From Podarcis liolepis (taxonomy: Eukaryota), in assembly GCA_965112155.1 (NCBI GenBank), contig OZ218104.1: a stretch of DNA of 64,000 nt, one strand, 5' to 3'. Position numbers and translations under genes: made by a program. Below are positions 12,208 to 24,945 of this stretch, one piece after another; positions within the stretch are counted from its first letter, which is position 1; every line of letters begins with the position of its first letter. A model generated the notes under the pieces. That model saw only the letters and a list, made by a program, of their open reading frames with translations, was not told the origin of the DNA and searched no databases.

Positions 12208-14219
12208 TTTCCCCTCTTAAGACAGCTACAGGATGGGGCATGTGGAGGAACTTGTTGGCTACTTAAAAGGCCTCCTCTCATTTGGCTGCTATGGTTTCTG
12301 TGTTGGTGGGGAGGCAGAGGTTCAGCAGAGGAGTCATCATCTGACTCAGATGATAGTGGCAGGGCTGAGTCCCCAAATAACACCCCCTCTCAGCCAAGAA
12401 AGTAACCTCAGAGTCTGCAAGGTCCCTGGCTGGGTGTGAGATTACATAGGGTGTCCAGGGCCAAAACTAGGCTTTCTGTCACCTGGGACAAAGACACAGT
12501 TTGGCAAGCCCCCCCCCCCACGTACCTTTACATACACACGCACAAAACTCAACACATTTGTTCATAAAGGGCATAAAAACGTAATTTGAAAGAGACCGGA
12601 GAAGAGATAGTGTCTCTAAATAGTAAAAGGGTCTGTGTATGTACCGGTATCTGGCTTTCATTCAACCTTAAGTAGATCTCCGGAATTCTAAGAAGTATTA
12701 TGACTGTATGACCAAAGGAAAAAAAGAAAAGAAAAAGTAAATTGTTTGTCAAAAGTAGAGCTTCCCTGTGCAGCAATTGTCTATCTGAGGCCAGGTTTTG
12801 AATTGGATTGATTTGGTTTCAAGGCTTCATTTCCATAAGATCAGCCAAGATACTCTGCTTTCCTGGCAAGCATTGGTCAGCTAGGCTCAATTGAAAGGGT
12901 TTGCACAGAAGAACATGACTTTAAAATACCTGGGTGTTTGTCTAACTTATCCTGTTTTCCGTTTTTTAAAAAAATGCTTTATTGAATTTTTCACAAACAT
13001 AAATAAAACTTAATCTTTTACAGTCATCATTTTATGTCATAACTTATCCTGTTTTCCTAAGATCCTGCTACATATCTAGGGTGACTGGGAAATTAAGTAT
13101 AATTAATTAATTAATTAATTCTATATTCTGCCCTATAACTGCAGGTCTCAGGATGGTTCACAAGATAAAATTACAATATACAAACACTAAATACATAATA
13201 AAAAAAACCAAAAGCAGCCCAATAACCCCCTCCAACACATTTTAAAATGGCATTGGATTATTTTTAAGACATTAGTTAAGGGTCTGTGTATCATGTATTT
13301 TTAAAGTCTTTAAAAGTTGCAAGTCACAAGTCCTTCCCCAATAATATAAGGAATTGTAAATAACATGATTAAAGCAGAAGAGGGAGTGAAATCTGAAACT
13401 GAAAAAGCCACCACACATTATTTACAACAACCTTATCACAAGTTCTCAAGACTCAGTCTAAAGAGAGAAGAAACAGCCTCAGTACAAATATATAAATATA
13501 ATAATTATATTGTAACAGATGTAAGATTAAAGCGGGGGGAATTTTGGCCAATGCAAATTCTCCCCACACTCAAAGAACTCAAGTAGACCTCTCCTCAAGT
13601 CCTCCCTAGGTTAGGAATGATGAAGGTGCCTGTGAAGCCTGGTGGTCGGCTTGCTTTTCCCATGCCCTCTCTCCCACAGAGCCACAAGCTTTTGGGAGTT
13701 TGGGGAGAGGAGAAAGGGGAGGAGGAGATCTGGGGCCCAATGCCACCCCTTGACAACAGCCATGCATTGGACCAAAGCCTGAGACCCTTTGAAACTTTGG
13801 AGATACACAAAACGTTCAAGAGAACTTCCTATTATCTTCTCACCACAACTCTTTTTCACTCCTCCCTTAAACTCCTACCAATGTTTTAATTGAGCTGGCC
13901 CTAAAAATCTACAGTAAATTCCCCTATAGGGGAAATTCAGTGGGGGAAGTGCTGTCTGGCTGAGCATCTGTGGATTTTCCTACCTGTGAAACTGGAGGGA
14001 GTCACAGCACAGTTCTGGTGCTGCTAGTGTCTTGTTTGTGAAATCACAGCTTTATGGTGCTTTATTGCATTGTTTTATATACATCACCTTGAACTTTGGA
14101 AAGGAAGGAGGGAAAGAGGAGGAGGAGGAGGAGGAGGAGAGAGAAAGAGATAGAGAGAGAGGGAGAGATCTTGAGATCCAGCTACTTTCTGATGATAAGG
14201 GAGGGTAAAGTGAAATTAT

Positions 14220-14850
14220 TAGTAGGAGTATTAATTACCTGCCCTTCACCTCAAGGTCCCAGGGCAGGTTACAATGATTAAAACACAATATTAAAAACAG
14301 TTTAAATCTAACTGCAGCCACAGAAATAAGGTGGGTCCTAAAAACATGCATCTCAAGTGTCAAAAGCCAGGATGCATCTTCAGTGTTCAGCAAATGCTGT
14401 AGCGTGAAGGTGCTAGATGCACTTCAGTGGGCAGGGAGTCCCACAGTTTAGGGGCCACCACAGAGAAGGCCCTCTCCACAGCCAGCCTCCCCCCAAGCTT
14501 CTGAGGGTGGAGGAATGACCAAGTGGTGCTCCTCTGCTGAGCTCAGCACCCAAGAGGGTCTGTAGGGAAGGAGACGGCCTTTCAGGCAATTGGGGCCAAG
14601 CCATTTAGGGCTTTGAACACCAACACGAGCACCATGAATTGGGGCTATAGGAAATCTAAACAGAACCCCTGCCAGATATCTGGCCGCTGCATTTTGGACC
14701 AACTTATGTTCCCGAATTGTCTTCAAAAGCAGCCCCGTATGGAGCACATTGCAATAATTGAATCTGGAAGTGATCAAAGCATGGAGTGCAGTGGCAAAGT
14801 CATCGCTTTCCAAAAGGGGTGCTGAGGTTGAAAAAAAGGCACTTCTAACC
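14220..14850 (-). mobile_element. L2 LINE 3' fragment
   Basis: Minus ORF 14448-14852 has HALITSRFNYCN...LVQNAAAR, the L2 ORF2 C-terminal signature. AT-rich 3'UTR lies toward 14220. Confidence 0.85.
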
Positions 14851-14967
14851 AAGTCAGTAGAGCAGTAGCAGCACAGCCCTATCAGGGGTCATTGCGTAGA
14901 CCACACCTGTCCTGGAAGCTTTGTAGGGTGAAACATACTTCCTCCTAGTCTGCCTACTTTGTCTGTA

Positions 14968-15318
14968 AAGGTAAAGGGGCCCCTGACCATTAGGTCCAGT
15001 CGTGACCTACTCCGAGGATGCGGTGCTCATCTTGCTTTATTGGCCAAGGGAGCTGGCGTACAGCTTCTGGGTCATGTGGCCAGCATGACTAAGCCACTTC
15101 TGGTGAACCAGAGCAGCTCGCGGAAATGCCATTTACCTTCCTGCCAGAGCGGTACCCATTTATCTACTTGCACTTTGACGTGCTTTCGAACTGCTAGGTT
15201 GGCAGGAGCTGGGACCAAGCAACGGGAGCTCACCCCGTCGGGGGGATTCAAACCGCCGACCTTCTGATCGGAAAGTCCTAGACTTTATGGTTTAATCCAC
15301 AGTGCCACCCGCGTCCCT
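14968..15318 (-). mobile_element. Sauria SINE (Squam1), full length
   Basis: GGGACGCGGGTGGC head and (ACCTTT)n tail on the minus strand. 13-bp TSD TACTTTGTCTGTA at 14955-14967 and 15319-15331. Confidence 0.92.
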
Positions 15319-16349
15319 TACTTTGTCTGTACTTCCCTCCTTTGAACAGACCTGGAGGAACACCCGGCTGCCTCTCTGCCTTGACAACCCTCAGGTCCCA
15401 GGTTTAGCATATCCTACACCAGTCTACCTGAATCTCACTTGGCCCCTACAGTGCAAGCACCTGTTTAGCTCAGGTTTGCTCTCACTAGCCCTGCCTTGAC
15501 TACAAAAGCAGCCCTGAACAGCTCCTGATTTCATGCTTCCTTGTGCCCGGGTAAGACCCTCATCTTCTCTCTCTCTCTTTCTCTCTCTTTCTCTCACACA
15601 CACTGCTGCTGCCACAAGTTCACTGATGCAAATTCCAGAGCTGCTTCTTGGGCAAAAAGAGTTAATTTCCAAGCCAAGCATGGGCGAGGGTCTCCCTATG
15701 GGATGCAGTAATGAAACCACTGGTGCCGGTTTCAAAACAAATAGATAAATCAATGTTTCAATTTGCTCCGTGTGAGTGAACGGACTGCGGTTGCTTAGTG
15801 ATGCAAAGAAGAGTGTATTCTTCAGGAACTCCATACTCAACCAAACTTCCCAGGTTTGCGTGCATATTATTATTTTTTTTAAAGGAAGGGGGTGCTGGGG
15901 GAGCCTGCGTTCTAACAGCAACAGCAACTCAAACTTGCAAAAAAAGGGGGGGCTTTAAATCATCTCCCCCTGCCCCTGTCCCGGCTTGCAACCAGCTGCA
16001 TAACTAATTATCAGCGCAGCATGCTGGGAAATGCCAGGAGACCCCAGCTTTGTGTTCTAAAAGGGAAAGGGAGGTTTTAATCAATAATGCTTGGTATTTA
16101 TGCAGCACTTCCTTTAAACGGCCAGACTGCTCTGTGGACATTTTCAGAGTAATCTGAAAGCCCCAAATGGGAGGCCAGTGTTATGATTCTTCTCTGTTAT
16201 AGAGACAGAGTACAGTGGCTCAGTTCATATCTGAAATATGGACCAGCCTGCAACTAAAAGGGGAGGGAAACTCACTCACATCTTCCTAGCCTTGTCGGCA
16301 TTGGAGCAAGGCTGGCTTGAGAAATTTTGCTGCCTGAAGGGAAGGGAAA

Positions 16350-17110
16350 GGTTCCGAAATGGGCATCCAAGAGGAACAAGGGGATGGAGCAATTCTCCTA
16401 TGAGGAAAGGTCGCAGCATTTGGGAGCTCCAGTACTTTGGCCACCTCATGAGAAGAGAAGACTCCCTGGAAAAGACCCTGATGTTGGGAAAGATGGAGGG
16501 CACAAGGAGAAGGGGACGACAGAGGACGAGATGGTTGGACAGTGTTCTCAAAGCTACCAGCATGAGTTTGACCAAACTGTGGGAGGCAGTGGAAGACAGG
16601 CGTGCCTGGCGTGCTCTGGTCCATGGGGTCACGAAGAGTCGGACACGACTAAATGACTAAACAACAACAAAAGTTTAGAGGAAAGGCAAGAGGTGACACA
16701 AGTGATGCTTATAAAATTATGCACATTATGGGGAAAGTGGACCAATACAGCTTTTTCTTCCTCTCTTATAGCTCCAGAATGTTTGAATGATGAATGATGG
16801 AAGATTCAGCACAGATAGAAGCAACAGCACTTAGTTAAACTATGGAACCTGTTCCAACAGAGGGGAAGTGATGCCCACCAACATAGGTGGAGGAGAATAA
16901 GGCCATTGATGACTACTAGCCAGGGATGGCTATGCTCTCCTCCAGAGGGAGAGCTTCTGAATGCCAGCTGCTGGAAGCCACAGTTGAGGAGGGTGCTGTT
17001 GTGCTCGGATCCTGCTTCCCGCTTTCCCACTGGTTGGCTGCTGTGAGAACAGGATGCAGGGCTAGATGGGCCATTGGCCTCACCCAGCATGCACTTCTTA
17101 TATTCTTATG
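16350..17110 (+). mobile_element. CR1 3' fragment interrupted by BovB
   Basis: KGMEQFSYEERSQHLG (CR1 ORF2-like) before 16425. Sequence resumes at 16671 and ends in the CR1 3'UTR/CTTATATTCTTATG tail. Confidence 0.75.
16425..16670 (+). mobile_element. BovB (RTE) LINE 3' end
   Basis: LQYFGHLMRREDSLEKTLMLGKMEGTRRRGRQRTRWLD...VHGVTKSRTRLND* and a (CAA)n tail. Confidence 0.92.
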
Positions 17111-17695
17111 AAGGAAAAGATGGGACACTCCCCTGCACAAATCCCAGGTACAGAACCTGACTGGCATCTCAGTTCAGCACCAGTAATGGGGCAACATCCT
17201 TCTTTGTCCCTGAAGGCAGAAGAGGAGCTTATTTCCCGGGCATGCAGCATACCCAACCTTGTCCTCCACAGCTGCCCTTCAGCGCCTGCCGCCTGAGGCA
17301 GCCTGCAGCCACATCACTCTGCCAATGGGAGGGCCGGGACAACCATCAGGAACCAGATGCTTTCGGCTGGCTGCAGCACCTGGTAAAATTTGTTTGGGAC
17401 AGATGGAAACAGTGGAAATCAGAGATTGGGAAAAATAAGCAAGCAGAGGCTGGGTACTTTCTTTTCCTTTGACAGGATTCCTACTTGAAATGATGACACT
17501 TCTCTGCAAGTTTGTTTGCATTTTCTAATGAATATATAACAGCTGCATTTCAACCACTTGAGGATCTTTTGCTAAAACTCCACGCGTCTTACAAGTAATC
17601 ATCACTGCGTTCAATGGTGCTTCCTCCCCATGTTGCTATGGGATTGAGATTATGCTGATCCCAATAAATGGGGGTGCTGTGCGATACACAGTTGT

Positions 17696-17698
<3 letters not shown>

Positions 17699-17765
<67 letters not shown>
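17699..17765. repeat. Compound (CT)n(GT)n microsatellite
   Basis: Direct observation. Confidence 0.95.
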
Positions 17766-17767
<2 letters not shown>

Positions 17768-20102
17768 ATCATAGTGTCAAGCTCTTGCACTTCAAAATCA
17801 ACCATTGCACCACTGGAGGCAGAAACCATAGCCCCATCAATTGCATGCAAATGAACTAGAGATTTCAACTGGATTGCCTTTTATATAGTCATGTCTACAC
17901 AACAGGCTTACATAAGTTTTGGGATGATGTACCTGGCCTGAGTTTCCTAAGGGAAAGCCTGGCAAGAGTGCTGAGAACTTTCTGTCCATGGTAACACTTC
18001 CCCTCCTCAAGAAACACATTCCACTGGAAAGGTAGACAGTTGGAACTCAAGGTTGCAATAGTTTCGAACTTGTGGGAGATCATTATAGCCAAACCAAGAC
18101 TTCATGTTTTGCCAGATAGATGCATGAAGGGGATGAGGATCACAGAGATTTGCTGTAAAATTTGCTAGAGAGAACTCAGTGAGATCACTTCCTTTGTCTT
18201 GGCAGGAAGCTTTAATACGGCATCCTTTTTTTCTGACTGGGCAGCCTCATCTTTCTTCATCATGCTTCCAAGCTGACAACATGCACGTGTCTGAGCTCTG
18301 CAGCTTAGACGCCGTTTTTGAATTTACATTTTGTACATTTTGTAACAGTAGTTTTAAACCTGCCTTCATTTTGTTACCATAACTCTTGCTTCAAGACCTA
18401 GATTATGTAAGTAAATATGACTTTTATTTCCTCACAAAACAATGTGTGTGTGATTGTTGTTTTCAAGAGGAAAAAAGAAGCAATACTGGGGAAAACCCAG
18501 TCTGCCTTTAAGCATACCGGATTATTGTTCCGACAAGGTTAAATCAACTTTGCCTTAGCTTCCAAGTTTAAGCTGCAAAAGTTGGTACTCTGCTGTTCTC
18601 ACTAACGTGAGCAAGCAAGGATAACAAACAATATATCCTCTCCTACTGCCTAAATACATTCCCACAGAACTGGCAACCTCAAGGATGCCAGGCAAAATTC
18701 CACCTGTGCCAGGAAGGCTCCCTGCCCCAAAAGACCACAGCAAGGCAATCTTTCCCTGACCTCTGTCCAAGGGTCCCAAGATGGTTGGAGCAACATGGAG
18801 TCAATGCCTGATCTTGGTGCTCTTTGCTGCTGAGAGATCCCCTCATTGTGACCCACACACACTTTGAGCTCCACCTGACCTTAACCAGAGCCGAGCTGGA
18901 CAACAAAATTTAGTCCAAGCCAACGGAAGCCCCTCAGGGGAAAATGTGCCCATCCTCTACCCTAGGCCTCAATTAACCAGGGAGTCAAGAAGCTCCTCTT
19001 GCCATGACTTTGCTCTCTCATCTCTGCCTGATGCCAAGCAAATGCCTGGATATGCTCAGCTACTGTTGCCTGGCTCATGATTCTGCTCTCCTGGCCCTCA
19101 TCGGCCGAGTGCCAATGTAGGCACCTGGCAGCTGGTGATGCCGCTGTGAGCCGGACGGAGATTCTCAGCCCCGACCAATGAGTGAGTCACTTCCTTTCCT
19201 TTGGACAAAAATAACACTCTGCATTGCCTTTGTATTCTTGGTTTTGATTACTGCCAGGTGTGTGTGTGTGTGTGTGCGCACATCCATGTGCACGAGGGAA
19301 GCTGAATAAGGCGGCTGATCTGGATTGTACCAAAATGGCACACCTTGAGGAAAGGGCAACAGACAGCAAGGCTGAGACAAGGCTGGCCTGTGTGTGGTGA
19401 AGGCGGACCTGCGAGTTTAGCAAGCTGCTGCTTTCATGATGGGATCCCCCCTGCTAGAAATGCAATTCTGCAGCCTTGCCAAGCAGAATGTTTCTGTCAA
19501 ATGGGCACCAGAGGGCACTGTGACTTTGGCTAGAACACAGGGGAGGATTCCTTAATTTCTGAATGCTCATGGCTGAGGCAGGATTGCACTCCCCACCCCT
19601 CCCTACCCCCAGCAAAGGGGTCCCTGGAAAAAATCTGCCAGGCTTCCTACCTGGTTGCTGCTGCCACCATGATGTCACCTGGAATACCCAAGCACTGGGG
19701 TTCCCCCATACCAAAGAGCATCCCTTCCCCTTTACCAAATGCTTGGAAAAAAAACGCCGCGCAGCTGAAAGCGGAACCGATTTTGATTCATGAAGCACGC
19801 AGTCAAAAGGTGGGGCAGGAAAGGCACAGAAGATTTTGCTGAGTCCAGAGGGAAATGTGGCTTGAGACACTTGCCAAGTTTTGGGGTGGGTGAAAACGAA
19901 AGCAGAGGATGCATTGCTCAGGTTATGTTCAGGGAAAAGAACAACTGTGCCCAAACAGGCCTTTTTGGTCTTGAGGCCGTTGAAGTCTTATCAAGATAAC
20001 CAGGCCTGGTTCATACAGACCTGCATGGATGTCTCTCTGCATGTGTGAATGAACCAATGCAGATCAAAAGCAGATAGGAGTTCCTTATCCTCTTCCTCAA
20101 TA

Positions 20103-20417
20103 CATAGGCGTTGGAAGGGAGGTGCAGGGGGAGCAGACCACCCTGGGTGTCATCGCTGAGGGGGGCGACATTTGGTGCACCGCCCACCCACGACTCCCAA
20201 GCCTCCCCCAAGCTGTCAAAACGAAGGGAGAAGGCCGCTGGCAAAGTGGCACAGCAAAGTGGGAGTTCATTGGGAGTTGTGGGCGTGCCGCGTGCCCGGG
20301 GAGTGACATTCGGCGTGCCGCCTGCCTGTGACTCCCAAGCCTACCCCAAGCCATTGATGGGGGTATGTGACAAAATAAATTCCACACCAAGTACCACCTG
20401 ACCTTGCTACGCCTCTG
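20103..20417. mobile_element. Non-autonomous hAT element, 315 bp
   Basis: Perfect 8-bp TSD CCTCAATA at 20095-20102 and 20418-20425. Imperfect TIR CATAGGCGTTG / CTACGCCTCTG. Internal direct repeat GACATT..GACTCCCAAGCCT.CCCCAAGC. Ends related to 44655-44822. Confidence 0.8.
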
Positions 20418-21181
20418 CCTCAATACAATCCTGTTCAGAGGAACCAAGTGGTGGCCTATAGCCTGGCTTGCTTGGTCTTGGAATGGCTCCGTTTGGAATA
20501 GGCTTTTGACATTTTCAAAGGGAACTCATGGAAATGCCTGCTTCTGCTCGCAAGACCTCTCTCCCAGACCTGATGCCCTTTTCAAAGATTTCTTCTTCAT
20601 CAATGGTCAAAAAGCACCTCCATACTTCGGTGGGTTTTCAACTGTCCCTCACCCCTTCCTGCTAATTTCACTCAAGGCCCAAGCTTAATCGCAAGCGTAA
20701 TCATAGCTCAGAGAATGGTGCTATCCATAAGCGAATGACCTACAAGGCACGGCTCTGGGAAGTTTCTTAGAAGCAAGGACACTGTGCAACCCAAGAGCTT
20801 TTCTAGCAAATCTCAGGAAGCTCCAAGCTCTTATGGAGGTATATCTTATGGAGAGTCTCTTTATCGGCATTTGGTGAACCCTCTAGTTAAAGCTGGAGGC
20901 TCTTACTGCAATTAACCCTTGTTGCCACACTGGTTGCCAGTGCCTTTCCGGGTCTAATTTAAAATGCTCACCCTAGTGTTTAAAGCCCAAAATGACTTAC
21001 TGCTGTATCTCACCCTGGGAATTTCTAGTGAAGGACATGTAAAAAATCTAATTACTACTACCACTACTAATAAAAATACAGTCACATGGTTAGAAGGAGG
21101 GGTTAACAGAGAATATACAAAAGGGACTCAGCCTAAATGCCAGGCTGGGGGAGGGTGCATGAATATTGCAAACATTTTTTT

Positions 21182-21216
<35 letters not shown>

Positions 21217-21369
21217 TGCATGAGTGTTGTTAGCATCACATTCCCCATAAGTCTGAAGGGGTCACAACTGCAGCCTTCTGGCATGCAGAAGTTTGCAGGT
21301 TTTGTCTCCAGAATCTCAAGCTAAAAGGATCCTGGTCATCAGGGCTGTAGAAAAATGTTCTTTGCCAGT

Positions 21370-21868
21370 GACATAAGAAGAGACTTTTGGATGAGACCAA
21401 TGGGAGACCAATCTGTCTCAGCATCCTGTTTTCACAGTGGCCAACCAGATGCCCCAGTGGGAAACCCACAAGCAGGACCTGGAAGCCAGAGCGCCCTTCG
21501 CTCCTGTGGCTTCCGGCAGCTGGTATTCAGAAGCATGACTGCCACCAACCGTGGAGGCCGAACACAGCTATCATGGCAAGTAGCCATTAAGAGTTCCATG
21601 AATTTGTCCAATCTTCTTTCAAAGGCATCCAGGTTGGTGGCCCTTACTGCCTCCTGTGGGAGGGGGTTCCATAGTTGGTGCTGCGTGAATGTCCTTTCCC
21701 CCACCCTGTCCTGAATCTTCCAACTAGGTCCACAAGGTTTGATATTAAGAGAGAGGGAGAAAACCTTTTTCTCTATCCGCTTGCTTCAGATCATGCATCT
21801 TTTATAAACTTATTTCATGCCACCTTTCCCCCCACCAAACTAAAAAGTCCAAAAGGCTGTAACCTTCA
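21370..21868 (-). mobile_element. CR1 3' fragment
   Basis: Reverse complement of the long-3'UTR CR1 family (ACATAAGAAGAG...AGCATCCTGTTTTCACAGTGGCCAACCAGATGCC), continuing into ORF2 remnants. Confidence 0.75.
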
Positions 21869-22021
21869 TGGACCACAAAGAGCTGCCAGCTGGTCAGATA
21901 AGACAAGACCGGATCAAATTGGGCAAAGGGTCTTCTTCCTGTGCTTATTGACTGGTTATGATCCAACATGGAAGAATGTGTTTATCTTTGCATGGGATCA
22001 TTTGTCTTCCACCAACTAACC

Positions 22022-22159
22022 CAGCCTTTCTCAACCTGTGGGTCCCCAGATGTTGTTGAACTACAACTCCCATCACCCCTAGCTAGCAAGGCCAGAGCTT
22101 GGGGATGATGGGAGTTGTAGTCCAACAACATCTGGGGACCCACAGCTTGAGAACCGCTG
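22022..22159 (-). mobile_element. Palindromic hAT MITE, 138 bp (same family as 1714-1851, opposite orientation)
   Basis: Foldback structure. Perfect TSD AACTAACC at 22014-22021 and 22160-22167. Confidence 0.9.
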
Positions 22160-22845
22160 AACTAACCACTGTGATTTCTCCCACCCCCTTTGAATAAGAA
22201 GTCCTCCCCGCTGCTAGCTCACAAGTCCTCAAGTCATCCTGTTTCTGCCACTCTCACTCAGATGCTGCTGCCGCCGCCTCAGCAGCTATCTGTTGCCTAT
22301 ACCAAGGTTTCACGAAAATGCAAATGTGTTTAAATCAACGAGAAAATGATTTGATCTGTTGGCGTTCCAGGTCTGAAGCCACTAGGTTTCTCAAGTGATT
22401 TCTCACCTCTACGGTGGAGCCAATGTGCTAAAGTGAAGGCAGATAAGACATTGAGGAAACAGAGGGAAATGACACTGGGGAATGAAGGAAGCCTCTCCAA
22501 AAGGGAGGTGATAACAGTGCTGAGAATTGTGCGGAACATGACAGAGGAACAACAGCAGACTGTCAGGTAAGATGCACATAATGGCGGGGGGAGGGGGAAG
22601 GTGTGGGAGGGAAAGGGGGGGCTGAAGTATATGCAACGCATAGGCAGGTTGGGATTGGATGGTGTGGCAGGAAGCCTTTGGTCTCTGAAGCAACCAAAGT
22701 ATCGATTACACCAACCGCAGCTGTGTCCCCCTCGCATTGCTGCTGCAAAAGGAGCTGAAATCAAGCTGAGCTAATTGAGCCCCTTTGTGCCTCTTCAAGC
22801 AGGTTGTTGAGACTCCCAAAGCTTGAAAAGCATTTGTCTGATGTA

Positions 22846-23364
22846 CATAGAATTGTAGAGCTGGAAGGGACCACAAGGATCATCTAGTCCAACCCCCTGC
22901 AATGCAGGAATCCTTCACCCAATGTGGAACTCGAACCCACGACCCTGAAATTAAGTGTCACATACTGTACTGACTGGGGACGGGGTGGCACTGTAGGTTA
23001 AACCACAGAGCCTAGGACTTGCCGATCAGAAGGTCGGTGGTTCGAATCCCCATGACGGGGTGAGCTCCCGTTGCTCTGTCCCAGCTCCTGCCAACCTAGC
23101 AGTTCGAAAGCACGTCAAACTGCATGTAGATAAATAGGTACCACTCTGGCGGGAAGGTAAACGGCGTTTTTGTGCGCTGCTCTGGTTCGCCAGAAGCGGC
23201 ATAGTCATGTTGGCCACATGACCCGGAAGCTGTACACCGGCTCCCTCGGCCAATAAAGCAAGATGAGCGCCGCAACCCCAGAGTCGGTCACGACTGGACC
23301 TAATGGTCAGGGGTCCCTTTACCTTTACCTTTACCTTTACCTTACTGTACTGATGGAGTCATCC
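22846..23364 (-). mobile_element. tRNA-Lys-headed SINE with CR1 tail, split by a Sauria SINE
   Basis: Minus strand reads ..CTTAATTTCAGGGTCGTGGGTTCGAG.. (tRNA-Lys-like), then ATTCCTGCATTGCAGGGGGTTGGACTAGATG...CTCTACAATTCTATG. Confidence 0.7.
22976..23342 (+). mobile_element. Sauria SINE (Squam1), full length
   Basis: tRNA-like head with GGTTCGAATCC B box, (ACCTTT)n tail. TSD TACTGTACTGA at 22963-22973 and 23343-23353. Confidence 0.93.
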
Positions 23365-23814
23365 TCCCTACATTAAACATATGAGGATACATTTTCCAAC
23401 CTAGTGGTTGTAGCTAAGGCCGCAGATACCAGGGCTATGTGACCCCCAGTCCATTTTTTTGTGTGGGGGTTGATTTTCTTGAAGAGATCTTGATTTACAA
23501 GACATGTGCACTGCAGGTTGTTTAAAAAGGGTTGCCAAAGGGTTCAGTGCAGCCTCCCCCACACCTGGCAACTTTCTCAATGGTGCCAGACTAGATTTCC
23601 CAGCATCCCTGACCCTTGACTGGGGCTGATGGGAGCTGTAGTCCAACAACAGCACCTGGCAGGCTGCTTTAGTAAATTATAATCCCAAGTGTAGAAGCCT
23701 GTATGTCACAAACCATTTCATCCTACACAAGGCCTCTCTAGGCGCACAGGGATGCAAATTCTTGATGGGGCGCTTTTGTCCTAAAGCCCCTGGAATTTGA
23801 GTCATGCAAAAGCA

Positions 23815-24142
23815 GCAGCAGTGAAGCCTATGGAGCCTATGGAGCCTATGGAGCTGAAGCCTATGGAGCTGAAGCCTATGGAGAGAAGCCTAAGGAGGTG
23901 AGGGCCTAAGGCACACCCCTTATCAGTGACCCCGGGGGAGTTCCTACTTGATGTGCATCAGCAGGACTCCCCCTACTGGTGGTTAACCCTTCCCAGACTT
24001 CAAGCGGACGGGCTGAAGCCGGATATAGTCGGTTAGGACCAATGCCTAAGCCAATACTACTCATCACCTGTAACCAATAAAGCTGTGGCCTTATTTAGCC
24101 CATTAACCTTAATAATTGCGTCATGTGTCTTTATTTCCACTG
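23815..24142 (+). mobile_element. LTR/DIRS-like terminal fragment with GAGCCTATG tandem repeats
   Basis: Tandem GAGCCTATG / GAAGCCTATGGAGCT units. AATAAAGCTGTGGCC followed by TGTGTCTTTATT resembles squamate DIRS termini. No TSD found. Confidence 0.45.
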
Positions 24143-24724
24143 GGGGTGGGGGTGGGAACTCGCCACACAATGAGCTTTTTGAGTGTTCCAACATACGCAC
24201 ACATGCGTGCACACACACAAAAACAAACACAGACACACACTATCTCAGTCACCCAAACAACCACCCTGAAAGCTACACCAGCATTACAATCACTCACATT
24301 TTGCAGGTGGGTGTGTGAAGCAGAGATAAGAACTTTTATTTCTATTATTATTATTATTTTAAAAAGAAATTATACGGCTAATGTTCAAAGAAACTCAGGC
24401 CGGTACACAAACTAAAACACACAAGGAGATAATAGTGCTATAATAGTCCCCATCCAATAAATCACAGCTATGGACGGAGGGCGGACGATCTGCAGTAGAG
24501 CTTGGTGCTTTCTGCATATATCGGTGGCACTGAAACTCTGGGAAATGATGAGGCTGCCCGGGTGGGGGGCAAGGCATCTAGGGAGGATTTGGAAGGGGAA
24601 ATGATCGAGTCCAGGGGGCCCCAGTGGTAGAGAGAGGGAAAGCCTCCCCTCCATGGAGACAATGGAAGAGGCTGGAAGAGGGCAGCATGGTGGGGATCTT
24701 TGGCACTCCATTCCTCAAGAGCAG

Positions 24725-24945
24725 CAGAAGAGCCTGGCATCAGGATCCGGCCAAAGGGGGCCAATCTAATGCAGCTTCTTGTTTTCACAGTGGCCAAACA
24801 GGCACCATTCTGGGGAAGCCCACAAGCAAGACTTGCGTGCAACAAGCAGTAGCCTCCTCACCTGTGATTTCCATACTTCCTCCAACACCAGTGGCTGAGT
24901 ATAACTATGGTGGCTAGTAGCCACTGGTAGCCTTCTCCTCCATGA
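24725..24945 (-). mobile_element. CR1 3'UTR fragment
   Basis: GTTTTCACAGTGGCCAAACAG...CCCACAAGCAAG motif. Confidence 0.65.

Noticed and set aside
12560-12950. Possible L1/Tx1 remnant (KYLGV-like motif near 12925)
   Set aside because: Only one short motif; too degraded to call.
23815-23895. CRISPR-like repeat array
   Set aside because: Eukaryotic DNA; the repeats are contiguous with no unique spacers.
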